Assembly (NCBI GenBank): GCA_946539555.1
Contig: CAMNHN010000003.1
Location: 1-39,921, forward strand
Source of the DNA: an uncultured Mollicutes bacterium
Lineage (GTDB): Bacteria; Bacillota_I; Bacilli_A; RFN20; CAG-826
DNA length: 39,921 nucleotides
Reading direction: 5' to 3'
Shown: one piece after another, positions 1 to 10,144 of the stretch
Position numbering within the stretch: position 1 is the first letter of the stretch
Layout of the letters: every line of letters begins with the position of its first letter
Position numbers and translations under genes: made by a program
The notes under the pieces: generated by a model
Database searches by the model: none
The model's input: only the letters and a program-made list of their open reading frames with translations
Told to the model about the DNA's origin: nothing

Positions 1-2535
1 AAAGAATTTGTTTCAAATATCATTGGAACAGATTTAAATTTAGATGTTTCAAGAGTTACAATCTCTGATATCATCGCAATTTTCAGCTATTTCATGAATT
101 TAATGGATGGTTTTGGATCAGTTGATGATATCGATCACTTATCAAATAGACGTATTAGATGTGTTGGTGAACTTATTCAAACTCAATTTAGAATTGGTTT
201 AACTAAGATGGCTAAAAACATCACCCAAAAAATGTCTATTACAACAGGTGAAACAAAAGAACTCACTCCTAAATCCTTAATAAATATAAAACCTTTATCA
301 AGTGAAATTAGAGAATTCTTTGCTAGCTCACAACTTTCTCAATTCATGGATCAAACTAACCCTCTTGCAGAACTTGCTAACAAGAGAAGAATTTCTGCTT
401 TAGGTCCTGGTGGATTAACCCGTGATAGAGCATCAATGGAAGTTCGTGACGTTCACTTTACTCACTACGGACGTATTTGTCCTATTGAAACACCTGAAGG
501 TCAAAACATTGGTTTAATTAATAATCTTGCTACATATGCAAAGATTGATAAATATGGATTTATTGAAACTCCATATAGAGTTGTTGATAAAGCAACTGGT
601 GAAATCACAGAAAAAACAGTTTATTTATCAGCAGAAGAAGAAAACAATCACGTTATTGCTCAAGCAACTCGTGATGATATTAAAGATGGAAAACTTGTTG
701 GCGACAAGGTTGTTGCTAGATTCAATGGTGAAAACATTTTAGCTGATGCAAAAGATGTTGATTATATCGATGAATCCCCAATGCAAATTGTTTCTGTTGC
801 TGCAGCATGTATTCCATTCCTTGAAAATGATGATAACACTCGTGCTTTGATGGGTGCTAACATGCAACGTCAAGCTTTACCACTTTTAAGACCACACGCA
901 CCATTTGTTGGTACAGGTCTTGAACATAGAATCGCATTCGATTGTGGATTAGCGGTAATTTCAGCTGAAGAAGGTGTTGTTACTTACACCGACTCACAAG
1001 TTATTAAAGTCCAAGAAAAAGAAGGCTTAAGAACATATAAGCTTCAAAAATTTGAAAGAAGTAACAATGGTACTTGTATCAATCAAAGTTCAATTGTTAA
1101 AGTTGGTCAAAAGATTAAGAAAGGTCAACTTATCGCTGATGGTCCATCAATGGATAATGGTGATTTAGCTCTTGGTCAAAACGTTGTCGTTGCCTTTATG
1201 ACTTGGGAAGGTCTCAACTATGAAGACGCTGTCATTATGTCAGAAAGACTCGTCAAAGAAGACGTTTATACAACAATTCATATCGAAAGTTATGAAATTG
1301 AATGTAGAAGAACTAAAAACGGTGATGAATCCATCACTCCAGATGTCCCTAACATCTCACTTGAAGCAAAAGCTCACCTCGATTTAGATGGTGTTGTCTA
1401 TCCAGGAACAGATGTTAAAGAAGGCGATATCTTAGTTGGTAAAGTTACACCAAAAGGTGTTTCTGAACCATCTCCAGATCAAAAATTATTAGATGCTATC
1501 TTTGGTGATAAATCAAAAGATGGTAAAGATACATCACTCCGTGTCCCTCACGGTGGTGCAGGAACAGTATTAGATGTCAAAGTTTTCACAAGAGAAAATG
1601 GTGATGAACTTGCTCCAGATGTCTATAAAAAGGTTAGAGTTTATGTCGTCCAAAAGAGAAAGATCTCTGAAGGTGATAAGATGTCAGGAAGACATGGTAA
1701 CAAGGGTGTTATTTCACGTATTGTTCCAGTTGAAGATATGCCATTCTTACCAGATGGTACCCCAGTTGATATCTTACTTAACCCACAAGGTGTCCCTTCA
1801 CGTATGAACATTGGACAAATTCTTGAAGTCCACTTAGGTATGGCATGTAAGACACTTGGTGGATTAAAGATTGCTACACCAGTTTTTGATGGAATCTCAA
1901 ACGATGAAATCACAGAACTCATGAAGGAAGCAAAAATGCCAAGTGATGGTAAATACACGCTTTATGATGGAAGAACCGGTGAAAAATTCGACGATAGAAT
2001 CAATGTTGGTGTCATGTACATGATTAAACTTGTCCACATGGTCGATGATAAACTTCACGCAAGAGCAACTGGACCATACTCAATGGTTACACAACAACCA
2101 CTTGGAGGTAAAGCTCAAAACGGTGGTCAAAGATTTGGTGAAATGGAAGTTTGGGCACTTGAAGCTTATGGTGCAGCAAACATTCTCCAAGAAATGATTA
2201 CTATTAAATCAGATGATAGAGTCGGTCGTAGAAAGACTTATGAATCTATTATTAAGGGTCACGCACTTCCAAAACCATCAATTCCAGAAGCATTCAAAGT
2301 TTTAACAAAAGAACTTATGGGCTTAGGAATGAATGTTGAGTTATTTGGTAAAGATGGAAAGATTATTGATATGGATGATCTTGCACGTAAGACTCAACAA
2401 GAAGAACAACGTTCAATGAGATCACTTAGAAATATTGGTACAGATGGATCTTCATCTTCAAGACATATAGACGATTTTGGTGATTATAGCGAAGAAAGTG
2501 CTACATCAGAAATTGTCAGTGATATTCTTAACTAG
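1..2535 (+). CDS. rpoB: DNA-directed RNA polymerase beta subunit (5'-truncated by window edge)
   Basis: Frame open from base 1. Motifs [58 protein letters not shown]. Confidence 0.99.
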   Translation, partial: KEFVSNIIGTDLNLDVSRVTISDIIAIFSYFMNLMDGFGSVDDIDHLSNRRIRCVGELIQTQFRIGLTKMAKNITQKMSITTGETKELTPKSLINIKPLSSEIREFFASSQLSQFMDQTNPLAELANKRRISALGPGGLTRDRASMEVRDVHFTHYGRICPIETPEGQNIGLINNLATYAKIDKYGFIETPYRVVDKATGEITEKTVYLSAEEENNHVIAQATRDDIKDGKLVGDKVVARFNGENILADAKDVDYIDESPMQIVSVAAACIPFLENDDNTRALMGANMQRQALPLLRPHAPFVGTGLEHRIAFDCGLAVISAEEGVVTYTDSQVIKVQEKEGLRTYKLQKFERSNNGTCINQSSIVKVGQKIKKGQLIADGPSMDNGDLALGQNVVVAFMTWEGLNYEDAVIMSERLVKEDVYTTIHIESYEIECRRTKNGDESITPDVPNISLEAKAHLDLDGVVYPGTDVKEGDILVGKVTPKGVSEPSPDQKLLDAIFGDKSKDGKDTSLRVPHGGAGTVLDVKVFTRENGDELAPDVYKKVRVYVVQKRKISEGDKMSGRHGNKGVISRIVPVEDMPFLPDGTPVDILLNPQGVPSRMNIGQILEVHLGMACKTLGGLKIATPVFDGISNDEITELMKEAKMPSDGKYTLYDGRTGEKFDDRINVGVMYMIKLVHMVDDKLHARATGPYSMVTQQPLGGKAQNGGQRFGEMEVWALEAYGAANILQEMITIKSDDRVGRRKTYESIIKGHALPKPSIPEAFKVLTKELMGLGMNVELFGKDGKIIDMDDLARKTQQEEQRSMRSLRNIGTDGSSSSRHIDDFGDYSEESATSEIVSDILN

Positions 2536-2547
2536 GAGGTATGCGAT

Positions 2548-5500
2548 ATGTTTGATGTAGAAAAATTAGGCAGCATTAAAGTTGGATTAGCATCCCCTGC
2601 AAAAATTAGAGCATGGTCTCATGGTGAAGTTACAAAACCTGAAACCATCAACTACAGAAGCCAAAAACCAGAAATGGATGGTTTATTCTGTGAAAAAATC
2701 TTTGGACCTTCTAAAGATTTTGAATGTCATTGTGGAAAATATAAAAAAGCAAGATTTGCCGGTGTAGTTTGTGAAAAATGTGGCGTTGAAGTCATCACAA
2801 AAGAAGTTAGACGTGAAAGAATGGGTCACATTGAACTTGCTTCACCATGTTCACACATTTGGTACCTCAAAGGTATCCCATCAAGAATGGGTTTAGTCCT
2901 TGATGTATCTCCAAAACAACTTGAAGAAGTTATCTATTTCTCAGCACATATTTGTTTAAATCCAGGTACATGTAAGAGTTTATATTACAAACAATTCTTA
3001 GATGATAGAATCGGAAGAGAAACATTTATTGCTGCAATTAGAGAAATTCAAGCAGGACTTGAAACATCTTCATTTGAATATCAAAAAGCCAACGATTTAC
3101 TTGAAAAACTCGGCAATCCTAACGAAATTTTCAATTTCTTCACATGTGCATCATTTATTTCTCAATTCACAGGTGCTGAATTTGGAGAAGGTGCTGAAGC
3201 AATTAAACGTTTACTTCAAGAAATCAAAATTAACGACTACAAAGTAACTGATCCAGTAACCGGAGAAGAAAAAGTCGTTGAAGGTGAATTCAATAAGGTT
3301 CAAAGAGAAATCAAGTCAGCTAGTGGTCAAAAACTTCAAAAATTAATTAAGAGACTTGAAGTTTTAGATGCATTTAGAAAATCAAACAACCTTCCTGAAT
3401 GGATGGTTCTTGATGTAATTCCAGTCATTCCACCAGATTTAAGACCTATGTTACAACTTGATGGTGGAAGATTTGCAACATCTGATTTAAATGATTTATA
3501 TAGAAGAATCATTATGCGTAACAATCGTTTAAAGAAATTAATCGATATGAACGCACCATACGTTATTCTCATGAATGAAAAACGTATGTTACAAGAAGCA
3601 GTTGATGCTTTAATTGATAATGGTAGAAGAAATGGTAAACCAGTCACTGGTCCTAATGGTAGACCTTTAAAATCACTCTCAGGTGCTTTAAAAGGTAAAC
3701 AAGGTAGATTCAGACAAAACTTACTCGGTAAGAGAGTCGACTACTCAGGACGTTCAGTTATCGCTATTGGTCCATCCCTCAAGATGTATCAATGTGGACT
3801 TCCACGTGAAATGGCTATTAACTTACTTAGACCATTTATCGCTGCAATTTTAATTAAAACAGGTAAATGTCAATTACATAGACAAGCAGACAAGAAAATC
3901 GATGCAAAAGATAGCGATGTCTACGATGTTGTTGAAAAGATTATTTCTGAACACCCAGTTTTATTAAACCGTGCTCCAACACTTCATAGACTTGGTATCC
4001 AAGCATTCCAACCAATTCTTGTTGAAGGACGTGCTATTAGACTTCACCCATTAGTCTGTACTGGATTTAACGCAGACTTTGATGGTGACCAAATGGCAGT
4101 TCACGTCCCAATTTCAAAAGCTGCTCAAGAAGAAGCTTTGGATTTAATGCTTGCAAGTAACAACATTCTTGCTCCAAAAGATGGAAAACCAATCGTTACT
4201 CCATCTCAAGATATCTTAATTGGTAACTATTATCTTACAACTGAAGCTGATAAAGCAGATTTCTTAAGAAGAGCTGAAAAATATGAAAAAGTAGGCGACA
4301 CTGAAAGAGCTGAGCAATATCGTAAATATGCTGAAATGGAAGGTAAAGTCTTCAAAGATATTAATGAATGTTATAAATGTTATGAAATGGGCTTAATCCA
4401 TTTACATAATAGAATTGCAATTCCAGGCAATCAAATGAAGAGAACATCATTTGATGAAGAAATGAATAACAGTTATTTAATCACAACTGTTGGTAAAGTA
4501 ATTTTCAACTTTGCTCTTCCTACAGACTTCCCATATATTAACGATGGTAGTGCTGCAAATACAGTTATGAATAAGAGAGAATTTTTTGTACCAAAAGGAA
4601 CAAATATTCCTGAATACATTGCTTCTCTTCCATTAAAAGCTCCAATTGGTAAAAAGCAAATTAATGCAATTATTTCTGAAGTTTACCAAAAATATGGAAC
4701 TCAAAAGACAAGTGCTGTCCTTGATAAGATTAAAGACCAAGGTTATCACTATTCAACAGTTTCAGGTTTAACCGTTGCTATCTCTGATATTTATGTCATT
4801 AGTGGTAAAGATAAACTTGTTAAAGAAGGTGATGCAAAGGTTGAAAAGATTCAAAAACTTTACGAAAGAGGTTTCTTAACTGATCAAGAAAGACACGCAA
4901 AAGTTGTTGATGTCTGGAACGATATCAATAAAGTCGTTGGTGATAAGGTTGAATCAACTTTAAAAGAAGATAACCACAATCCACTTTATATCATGTGGAA
5001 CTCTGGTGCTCGTGGAAGTAGATCTAACTTCGCACAACTTATGGGTATGAGAGGCTTGATGGCATCTACTTCAGGTGAAACAATCGAATTACCAGTTAAA
5101 TCTTGTTTCCGTCAAGGTCTTAACGTTTCAGAATTCTTTACAGGAACTCACGGTGCCCGTAAAGGTGGTGCAGATACTGCTCTTAAAACAGCAGACTCAG
5201 GTTATTTAACAAGAAGACTTGTTGATGTTTCTCAAGACGTTATCGTTAGAGAAGAAGATTGTCACTCAGACCATGGTTCATTTGTTTCAGATATTATCAA
5301 CACTGCAGAAAATTCAGTTATCGTCACTTTAGAAGAAAGACTTGTTGGACGTTATGCATGTCACGATATTATTCACCCAGAAACAGGTGAAGTCATTGTT
5401 AAAGGCAACACTTTAATTGATGAAGTCGCTGCTGAAGCAGTTGTAAATGCTGGTATTACAAAGGTTGAAATTAGATCACTCTTTGGTTGCCAAACAAAAG

Positions 5501-6528
5501 ATGGTGTCTGTCAACATTGTTATGGTAGAAACTTAGCAACAGGTAAACCAGTTGAAATTGGTGAAGCAGTTGGTATTATGGCTGCTCAATCAATTGGTGA
5601 ACCAGGTACCCAATTAACCATGAGAACATTCCACTCTGGTGGTGTTGCTACTTCAGAAGATATTACTCAAGGTCTTCCAAGAGTCCAAGAATTATTTGAA
5701 AGTAGAAATCCAAAAGGTGAAGCTCTAATTTCTGAAATCACAGGTAAAGTTACTAAGATTGAAGACCACAATGGTACATATCAAGTAACTGTCTCAAATG
5801 ATCTTGAAGAAGTAGTTTATACAACTAACTTTGGCGCAAGATTAAGAGTTAAATTAAATGACACCGTCAAAAACGGTGGAAAGATTACCGAAGGTGCTAT
5901 TTCACCTAAGAAACTTCTTGAATGTGCTGATGTTGGAGCAGTTCAACGTTACATTGTTAAAGAAGTTCAAAAAGTCTATAGATCACAAGGTATTGCTATC
6001 TCTGATAAGCATATTGAAGTTATCGTTAGACAAATGTTAAGAAAAGTTGTCATCATCGATGGTGGTGATACAGAAATGATTCCTGGAACAAGAGTTTCCG
6101 TTGTTGAATTCACAAGACTCAACAAAGAAGCTTTACTCCAAGGCAAGAGACCAGCTGTTGCTAGACCACTCGTCTTAGGTATTACAAAAGCTGCTCTTGA
6201 AACTGAATCATTCTTATCAGCTGCCTCATTCCAAGAAACAACACGTGTTTTAACAGATGCTGCTATCAAAGGCAAAATTGATACTTTACACGGCTTAAAA
6301 GAAAACGTCATCACTGGTAAATTAATTCCAGCTGGTAGAGGTTTACTTGATAAAGCAGAAGCAAAGAAACTTGTTGATGACTTTACAGTCTCAGGAAGAA
6401 TGAGAGAAGTTAAACAACAATACATTGGAATTCATGATAGTGATTATGAAGAACAAGAATCAATCGATACAAGTCTTGAAACTTTAGAATCACTTGCAAC
6501 TGAAGATACTTCAACATTCTCAAACTAA
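2548..6528 (+). CDS. rpoC: DNA-directed RNA polymerase beta' subunit
   Basis: Catalytic NADFDGD, zinc motifs CHCGKYK..CEKC and C..C..CYG, SD GGAGGT upstream, follows rpoB. Confidence 0.99.
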   Translation: MFDVEKLGSIKVGLASPAKIRAWSHGEVTKPETINYRSQKPEMDGLFCEKIFGPSKDFECHCGKYKKARFAGVVCEKCGVEVITKEVRRERMGHIELASPCSHIWYLKGIPSRMGLVLDVSPKQLEEVIYFSAHICLNPGTCKSLYYKQFLDDRIGRETFIAAIREIQAGLETSSFEYQKANDLLEKLGNPNEIFNFFTCASFISQFTGAEFGEGAEAIKRLLQEIKINDYKVTDPVTGEEKVVEGEFNKVQREIKSASGQKLQKLIKRLEVLDAFRKSNNLPEWMVLDVIPVIPPDLRPMLQLDGGRFATSDLNDLYRRIIMRNNRLKKLIDMNAPYVILMNEKRMLQEAVDALIDNGRRNGKPVTGPNGRPLKSLSGALKGKQGRFRQNLLGKRVDYSGRSVIAIGPSLKMYQCGLPREMAINLLRPFIAAILIKTGKCQLHRQADKKIDAKDSDVYDVVEKIISEHPVLLNRAPTLHRLGIQAFQPILVEGRAIRLHPLVCTGFNADFDGDQMAVHVPISKAAQEEALDLMLASNNILAPKDGKPIVTPSQDILIGNYYLTTEADKADFLRRAEKYEKVGDTERAEQYRKYAEMEGKVFKDINECYKCYEMGLIHLHNRIAIPGNQMKRTSFDEEMNNSYLITTVGKVIFNFALPTDFPYINDGSAANTVMNKREFFVPKGTNIPEYIASLPLKAPIGKKQINAIISEVYQKYGTQKTSAVLDKIKDQGYHYSTVSGLTVAISDIYVISGKDKLVKEGDAKVEKIQKLYERGFLTDQERHAKVVDVWNDINKVVGDKVESTLKEDNHNPLYIMWNSGARGSRSNFAQLMGMRGLMASTSGETIELPVKSCFRQGLNVSEFFTGTHGARKGGADTALKTADSGYLTRRLVDVSQDVIVREEDCHSDHGSFVSDIINTAENSVIVTLEERLVGRYACHDIIHPETGEVIVKGNTLIDEVAAEAVVNAGITKVEIRSLFGCQTKDGVCQHCYGRNLATGKPVEIGEAVGIMAAQSIGEPGTQLTMRTFHSGGVATSEDITQGLPRVQELFESRNPKGEALISEITGKVTKIEDHNGTYQVTVSNDLEEVVYTTNFGARLRVKLNDTVKNGGKITEGAISPKKLLECADVGAVQRYIVKEVQKVYRSQGIAISDKHIEVIVRQMLRKVVIIDGGDTEMIPGTRVSVVEFTRLNKEALLQGKRPAVARPLVLGITKAALETESFLSAASFQETTRVLTDAAIKGKIDTLHGLKENVITGKLIPAGRGLLDKAEAKKLVDDFTVSGRMREVKQQYIGIHDSDYEEQESIDTSLETLESLATEDTSTFSN

Positions 6529-6553
6529 TTAGAAAATTCTAATTAAATAAATT

Positions 6554-6577
6554 GGCTTGGTAAATCCAAGCCTTTTT
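6554..6577 (+). terminator. Intrinsic terminator after rpoC
   Basis: GGCTTGG-taaat-CCAAGCC followed by TTTTT. Confidence 0.85.
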
Positions 6578-6710
6578 AATATAGATTTGAAATATTTTCT
6601 TAAAAACCCTGCAAATCTAAACTATTTTTTATAGTAAAAATTTAATTGTATGCAATTGATTTTTGATATTAATATAGATTGAAGATAAAATTTAATCTAT
6701 AATCTTATAG

Positions 6711-7910
6711 ATGGAATCAATTAAAGACATTTTTATAATTGGAAACGGACCAAGTTCATCTCATACAATTGGTCCTTCTTTAGCAGTAGATAAAATCTTA
6801 AATGATTATAAAAATATTAAAAAAATAAATGTAACGCTATATAATTCTTTAGCTTTAACTGGTAAAGGACATTTAACCGATAAAATAATAAAAGAAAAAT
6901 TAAAAGATTTTGATGTGGAAATAAATTATGATATCGATTCACCAACACCTCACCCAAATACATTAGATTTTGATATCGTTTTAGCTGATGAATCTAAAGT
7001 TCATAGAAGATTTTTTTCAATTGGAGGAGGAACAGTTGTAGAAAAACTATGTTCGCACTCTAAAAAGAATCATATATATAAAGAAGATAAGCTTGAAGAT
7101 ATTTTAAAATTCTGTGAAGAAAAGAATTTTTCTTTATATGAATATGTTTTAGATCATGAAGATAAAGACATTTTAAATTACATTAAAAATGTTTTAAAAG
7201 TAATGGATGATTGTGTTTCTAGAGGTTTAAAAAAAGATGGACTATTACCTGGAAAATTAAAGGTAGAACGTAAAGCAAAATATTTACTTGAAAACTCTAA
7301 ATCAACAATTAGAATCGGAACAAAAAACGATCAAATTGTAATGGCTTATGCTTATGCTGCTTCAGAAGAAAATGCAAGTGGAGGAATAGTTGCTACAGCA
7401 CCAACTTGTGGAAGTTCAGGTGTTATTCCTGGATGCATTGAATATTTGAGATTAAATAATATTAAAGAAGAAAAGATATTAGAAGGTCTTTTAGTTGCTG
7501 GATTAATTGGAAAATTAATTAAAACTAATGCCACTGTTAGTGGTGCAGTAGGAGGATGCCAAGCTGAAATTGGAAGTGCTGCTTCAATGGGAGCTGCTTT
7601 AATAATGCATGCTTTAGGATATGATAATGAAAAAATTGCACAAGCTTCTGAAATTGCTTTAGAACATTCTTTAGGTTTAACTTGTGATCCAATTGAAGGA
7701 TATGTTCAAATTCCTTGTATTGAGCGTAATGCAATATTCGCTTTAAAGGCGATAAATTCATGTAGTCTTGCTGCGGTCATAAATTATGAAACTTCAAAGA
7801 TTAATTTTGATGATATCGTTCAAACGATGTTTGAAACAGGGAAAGACCTTAAAAAAGGTTATAAAGAAACTAGCAAAAAAGGTATGTCAAAGATTAAAAT
7901 TGAATGCTAG
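6711..7910 (+). CDS. sdaA: Fe-S-dependent L-serine dehydratase, single-chain (fused beta/alpha) form
   Basis: N-terminal GPSSSHTIGP; EENASGG..TAPTCGSSG, GGCQAEIG, LGLTCDP..GYVQIPCIERN. Confidence 0.93.
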   Translation: MESIKDIFIIGNGPSSSHTIGPSLAVDKILNDYKNIKKINVTLYNSLALTGKGHLTDKIIKEKLKDFDVEINYDIDSPTPHPNTLDFDIVLADESKVHRRFFSIGGGTVVEKLCSHSKKNHIYKEDKLEDILKFCEEKNFSLYEYVLDHEDKDILNYIKNVLKVMDDCVSRGLKKDGLLPGKLKVERKAKYLLENSKSTIRIGTKNDQIVMAYAYAASEENASGGIVATAPTCGSSGVIPGCIEYLRLNNIKEEKILEGLLVAGLIGKLIKTNATVSGAVGGCQAEIGSAASMGAALIMHALGYDNEKIAQASEIALEHSLGLTCDPIEGYVQIPCIERNAIFALKAINSCSLAAVINYETSKINFDDIVQTMFETGKDLKKGYKETSKKGMSKIKIEC

Positions 7911-7951
7911 AAATAAATAAGTAAAATTACATATTTAATAATTTTGATAGG

Positions 7952-8371
7952 ATGAATAAGATGGAAAACATTATTTCAAAAGAAAACTTTGTTAAAGATT
8001 TTATAAAAAACTTTGTGCCAACAATTTCAATTAAGCAATTAAAAAAACTAAAATGTTATCCTCCAAATCATGGATATCTATGGAATGTTTGTGGACATAA
8101 TTTAGTCGAAAATTTAAAAGGCGATGATGCAATGACAGCATATGATAATGTTGATAAAACTGGTGCAGTAGAATTCCAATATGATAATGGGTTTATGGGT
8201 GATGATGTTTCAATACCACTTTCCAAAGAAAATGATAGTTCAATAAAGATTAAAAATAATGGATTAATTGAATTTTATGTGATTGGCAAAGATTTTTCTT
8301 GGTGCTATATAGTAACTCACGAACGCGATGGATGTGGGCCATATTTTATAATTAATAAAAACAACAAATAG
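7952..8371 (+). CDS. Small hypothetical protein, DUF4275-like
   Basis: GYLW near the N-terminus and YVIGKDFSWCYIVTHE..CGPYF at the C-terminus recall DUF4275; from memory, not searched. Confidence 0.6.
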   Translation: MNKMENIISKENFVKDFIKNFVPTISIKQLKKLKCYPPNHGYLWNVCGHNLVENLKGDDAMTAYDNVDKTGAVEFQYDNGFMGDDVSIPLSKENDSSIKIKNNGLIEFYVIGKDFSWCYIVTHERDGCGPYFIINKNNK

Positions 8372-8391
8372 CAAATTACTTTCACAAGCAA
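8369..8391 (+). repeat. 23-bp direct repeat, copy 1 (TAGCAAATTACTTTCACAAGCAA), overlapping the stop codon
   Basis: 22/23 identical to 8892-8914. Confidence 0.9.
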
Positions 8392-8503
8392 GCCATCTAG
8401 TGGTAAAAATGGATTACAGGTACACAGCATATAGAAATTATAGCCTAGAAAGGAGAAGTTATTCAGTCATCAAACTATGTTTAACTGAATAATACGAAAA
8501 ATT

Positions 8504-8890
8504 GTGGTTATTAAAGATAAATTGATAAATGAGTATCCGTTAATTAAAAAAATAGATTGTTCTTTTGAATGCTTTGAAGTTATGAAAAGAAGATATGTTA
8601 TTTTTTATGATGAAAAAATCAATAGAGAAAATATGGAATCTTTATTGGATGTATTTAATGATAATTCAAAAAACAGTTTTACAGAAAGAAAAACATTAAT
8701 TATTGTTGGTCATACGGACGAAAAGTTTAATAAAGAAGATTTGTTGTTTTTCAACGGAGTTGATACATTTGTGGTTTATTATTTATTAAATGACAATAAT
8801 AATGAAATTTACTTTAATGATCAAAGAGTACTCTTGTTCAGTTTGGATTGGAAAAAAATTATTAAAAAATTTAATGAAATATTGAAATAA
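8504..8890 (+). CDS. Hypothetical protein (start uncertain: GTG 8504, or ATG 8477 across a TGA at 8486)
   Basis: 128-aa ORF with protein-like composition; no recognised family. Confidence 0.7.
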   Translation: MVIKDKLINEYPLIKKIDCSFECFEVMKRRYVIFYDEKINRENMESLLDVFNDNSKNSFTERKTLIIVGHTDEKFNKEDLLFFNGVDTFVVYYLLNDNNNEIYFNDQRVLLFSLDWKKIIKKFNEILK

Positions 8891-8891
8891 T

Positions 8892-8914
8892 TAGCAAATT
8901 GCTTTCACAAGCAA
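8892..8914 (+). repeat. 23-bp direct repeat, copy 2 (TAGCAAATTGCTTTCACAAGCAA), 1 nt after the stop codon
   Basis: 22/23 identical to 8369-8391; contains dyads AGCAA-A-TTGCT and TTGCTT-TCAC-AAGCAA. Confidence 0.9.
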
Positions 8915-8920
8915 AACTAG

Positions 8921-8952
8921 GTGGGTTTATCTTCGGGTAGATTTACATTTTC
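8921..8952 (+). terminator. Possible RNA hairpin/terminator with cUUCGg tetraloop
   Basis: GTGGGTTTATC-TTCG-GGTAGATTTAC, an 11-bp stem with several G-U pairs, then ATTTTC. Confidence 0.5.
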
Positions 8953-9000
8953 ATTTAATCTATATTAACAGATTATTTAATAGAAGGAAGCCGCTAAATA

Positions 9001-9049
9001 CCTACATTTTCGGCCGTCATAAAACTACATTTTCTAATTGACGATTACA
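9001..9049. mobile_element. IS21-family-like terminal repeat remnant (solo end)
   Basis: Minus strand reads TGTAATCGTCAATTAGAAAATGTAG-TTTTATGACGGCCGAAAATGTAG: a TGT terminus and two CTACATTTTC units 23 bp apart. No transposase nearby. Confidence 0.5.
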
Positions 9050-9113
9050 AAAGGAAAATTTACTTTAGTTTTAACTCACAAACCCGGGTGTGTAAATTTT
9101 TTAAAAATAATGC

Positions 9114-9142
9114 TTGCAAGCCTGTTTACAATAATGTATATT
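9114..9142 (+). promoter_or_regulatory. Putative sigma-A promoter of the str operon
   Basis: TTGCAA-17 bp-TATATT upstream of rpsL. Confidence 0.55.
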
Positions 9143-9184
9143 ATTGAAGCGACTGAAAAGTTTTATTTTTTAGTAAGTAGTATG

Positions 9185-9206
9185 ATACACCAGGAAATGT
9201 GTGTAT
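9185..9206 (+). promoter_or_regulatory. Hairpin in rpsL leader, possible autogenous regulatory element
   Basis: ATACAC-caggaaatgt-GTGTAT just before the SD; resembles the CACC.GG..GTGTG element seen upstream of Firmicute rpsL. Confidence 0.45.
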
Positions 9207-9222
9207 AAAAGGAGAGAAAAGA

Positions 9223-9645
9223 ATGCCAACTATTAATCAATTAGTTAGACAAGGTAGAACAAAACCTACATTCAAGTCAAAATCACCTGCATTATTAAAA
9301 AGATTCGATTCTTTAAATAAGAAAGAAAGAAATCAAAATAGTGCACAAAAAAGAGGTGTTTGTACCCGTGTCGGCACAATGACACCTAAAAAACCTAACT
9401 CAGCTTTAAGAAAATACGCAAGAGTTAAGCTCTCTAACGGATATGAAGTTACAGCATATATCGGAGGAGAAGGACACAATTTACAAGAACACTCAACAGT
9501 CATGATTCGTGGCGGTAGAGTTAAGGACCTTCCAGGTGTTAGATACCATATTATTAGAGGAACACTTGACTGCGCAGGTATTGAATCACGTAGACAAGGT
9601 AGATCACTTTATGGTACTAAGAAACCAAAAGGTAATGAAGAATAA
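9223..9645 (+). CDS. rpsL: 30S ribosomal protein S12
   Basis: MPTINQLVR start after SD AGGAGA; [21 protein letters not shown]. Confidence 0.99.
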   Translation: MPTINQLVRQGRTKPTFKSKSPALLKRFDSLNKKERNQNSAQKRGVCTRVGTMTPKKPNSALRKYARVKLSNGYEVTAYIGGEGHNLQEHSTVMIRGGRVKDLPGVRYHIIRGTLDCAGIESRRQGRSLYGTKKPKGNEE

Positions 9646-9659
9646 GGAGGAGACGGACT

Positions 9660-10130
9660 ATGCCAAGAAAAGGAAGTGTAGCTAAAAGAGATGTCTTACC
9701 AGATCCAATTTATAATTCAAAATTAGTCACAAGATTAATTAACAAAATTATGCTTGATGGTAAAAAAGGCACAGCTCAAAACATTTTATATGGTGCTTTC
9801 AACAAGATTGAAGCTAAAACAGGAAAACCAGCAATGGACGTTTTCGCCACAGCTATCAACAACATCATGCCAGAAGTCGAATTAAAGACAAAAAGAATTG
9901 GTGCTGCAAACTATCAAGTTCCTACTGAAGTTTCACCAGAAAGAAAAGTCACTTTAGGTTTAAGATGGTTAGTTAACTATTCAAGACTTAGAAAAGAAAA
10001 ATCAATGGAAGATAAACTCTGTAACGAAATCATTGATGCTGCTAATGGAACAGGTGCTTCCGTTAAGAAGAGAGAAGACGTTCATAAGATGGCCGAAGCT
10101 AATAAAGCTTATGCCCATTATAAATGGTAA
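9660..10130 (+). CDS. rpsG: 30S ribosomal protein S7
   Basis: [30 protein letters not shown]. Confidence 0.99.
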   Translation: MPRKGSVAKRDVLPDPIYNSKLVTRLINKIMLDGKKGTAQNILYGAFNKIEAKTGKPAMDVFATAINNIMPEVELKTKRIGAANYQVPTEVSPERKVTLGLRWLVNYSRLRKEKSMEDKLCNEIIDAANGTGASVKKREDVHKMAEANKAYAHYKW

Positions 10131-10144
10131 TTTAGGTCGAATTT

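Noticed and set aside
8369-8914. The 23-bp repeats as a CRISPR array or integron attC sites
   Set aside because: Only two copies separated by a whole gene; no RYYYAAC/GTTRRRY ends; no integrase in the window.
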